A stretch of DNA of 35,896 nucleotides from a virus (Duplodnaviria; Caudoviricetes): positions 1 to 35,896 of the IMG/VR virus record IMGVR_UViG_3300005573_000193; one strand, 5' to 3'. A program made the position numbers and the translations under genes. Shown here piece by piece: positions 34,709 through 35,896 of this stretch (positions within the stretch are counted from its first letter, which is position 1; each line of letters begins with the position of its first letter). The notes beneath the pieces were generated by a model, which was not told the origin of the DNA, did not search any database, and saw only the letters and a program-made list of their open reading frames with translations.

Positions 34709-35896
34709 CCCTTTACTCGCTACTCTGTCAAGCGGACTTGAGCCGGCTGGTGATAATGTCCGGCTCAAGGTTTTGGGTGATCTGCTTATGCTAAATCATT
34801 TTGAGAAGAATGAGCAATCTAATTTTGATTTTGATTATCCAGAGAATTATTTTGGGACTGGAGTAAATTGCGCAATAGTAGACACAGAAGTCCTATTCGG
34901 CAAAAGTTTTGTAGTTGAGTATAACGGTGTTGAAAATCCGAAAGCAGTCCCTTATTATGTTAATTTTCTGAAAGGGAAGGACGAGCTTTCAATCGCATTT
35001 GCGATAAAATTTATGAGCAGCCTAAACGAAACTGATGATGCACTGATCCAGATATGTGTTCAAGAATATGGCGCTATTGCTGTTGTTGAGATAGGGCAAT
35101 TCGGTGCTCAATATAATGAAAATGGAGAATTCTATGCATATGTCTATGACTCACAATCAAATCAAGTCAGAATTGAAACCTCTGGATTGGGGCTTGCTGT
35201 TGACACGACTTATTGGGTAAATCTGGTGATTAGTCAGACTGAACTGAAGCTATATGTGGATAATAATTTGGTAGCTTCTTCTAGTCTGAATGGGCTTGCT
35301 GATCTCAGTCCATATACGCTCGTGCTATATTTTGGACAGGATTGGAGCAATCAGTATGGACGCTATTTTGATGAGTTTCTAATAAAAGCAACTTCTGCAC
35401 CTATAGCGAAACCGGCCGAGCCATTTAAGATTTATAGCACTCAAGAGACAGCAACCTTGTTGATTGATAGCGGGACTGATGATACTACTTGGTCACCTAG
35501 CACGATAGAGTTTCTGGATGAAAATAACTGGACTTCCGGCAACCTTAAAATCAGAGGCTCTGCTGGTAATACCGAACCGACCTTGTCTGGCGACCCGATG
35601 ACTCTAGCTGAATTCAGGGCTTTGAATAATATGACTGGACGCTATCTGAAACTGGAGTTCACTTTTATCTCTGATGGAGATACGCAGATAGAATTAACAG
35701 CTGGAGACATAGAGGCTGTTCTGGCAATAGATGCTCCAGCTAAACCGGTAATCAGCAATTTTTCAAGGAATGGAGATACAGGGTCTTGCGAGGTATCAGG
35801 GATAGACGATGATACCATAGTTTATGCTTATTGCCGTAAAGATTTTGATCCGCACTGCCCGAAGAAACTCATTGGGCAACGCATTGGAAACGGGAC
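34689..35896 (+). CDS. Second, divergent allele of the LamG-domain gene, truncated by the window end (not in ORF track)
   Basis: Open from ATG 34689 to the end (MLKQIINPLLATLSSGLE...KLYVDN...YFDEF...SGNLKIRGSAGNTEPTLSGDPMTLAEFR...KPVISNFSRNGDTGSCEVSG...), converging on the sequence of 2252..4447. Confidence 0.9.
   Translation, partial: MLKQIINPLLATLSSGLEPAGDNVRLKVLGDLLMLNHFEKNEQSNFDFDYPENYFGTGVNCAIVDTEVLFGKSFVVEYNGVENPKAVPYYVNFLKGKDELSIAFAIKFMSSLNETDDALIQICVQEYGAIAVVEIGQFGAQYNENGEFYAYVYDSQSNQVRIETSGLGLAVDTTYWVNLVISQTELKLYVDNNLVASSSLNGLADLSPYTLVLYFGQDWSNQYGRYFDEFLIKATSAPIAKPAEPFKIYSTQETATLLIDSGTDDTTWSPSTIEFLDENNWTSGNLKIRGSAGNTEPTLSGDPMTLAEFRALNNMTGRYLKLEFTFISDGDTQIELTAGDIEAVLAIDAPAKPVISNFSRNGDTGSCEVSGIDDDTIVYAYCRKDFDPHCPKKLIGQRIGNG
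35742..35896 (+). repeat. Direct repeat, copy 2
   Basis: Matches 3380-3534 at offset 32,362; last 94 bp identical. Confidence 0.95.

Noticed and set aside
34737-34769. 10-bp inverted repeat inside the LamG gene start
   Set aside because: Single short hairpin within a CDS, absent from the other allele; could be chance.

Overview
Almost all of the window (about 3380-35741, 32,362 bp unit) is an apparently complete, circularly permuted genome of a small tailed phage, probably a siphovirus, with every credible gene on the + strand and no recognisable integrase or repressor. Its modules are: tail, lysis with a tRNA-Met, an orphan DNA methylase, a large non-coding control region, early genes, recombination/replication, packaging and an HK97-type head. 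The last 155 bp repeat positions 3380-3534. The first ~3.4 kb is visibly more AT-rich and looks like the capsid/neck region of a different phage, joined on through a shared two-gene module (small Zn-binding protein plus a LamG-domain protein). The most striking signal is the early operon. A sigma70 promoter, a hairpin and a boxA-like motif precede three consecutive small ORFs, each enclosed by its own distinct 21-26 bp inverted repeat, resembling the processing stems of an rRNA operon. Other notable items: an 11-bp-periodic iteron-like array 6 kb away from the replication initiator, a tail terminator fused to a variable lectin domain, a tRNA inside a CDS, an uncalled protamine-like peptide, a -1 frameshifted tail chaperone and a gene with an in-frame TGA. 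All family assignments come from motif recognition and synteny by eye; no searches were run.
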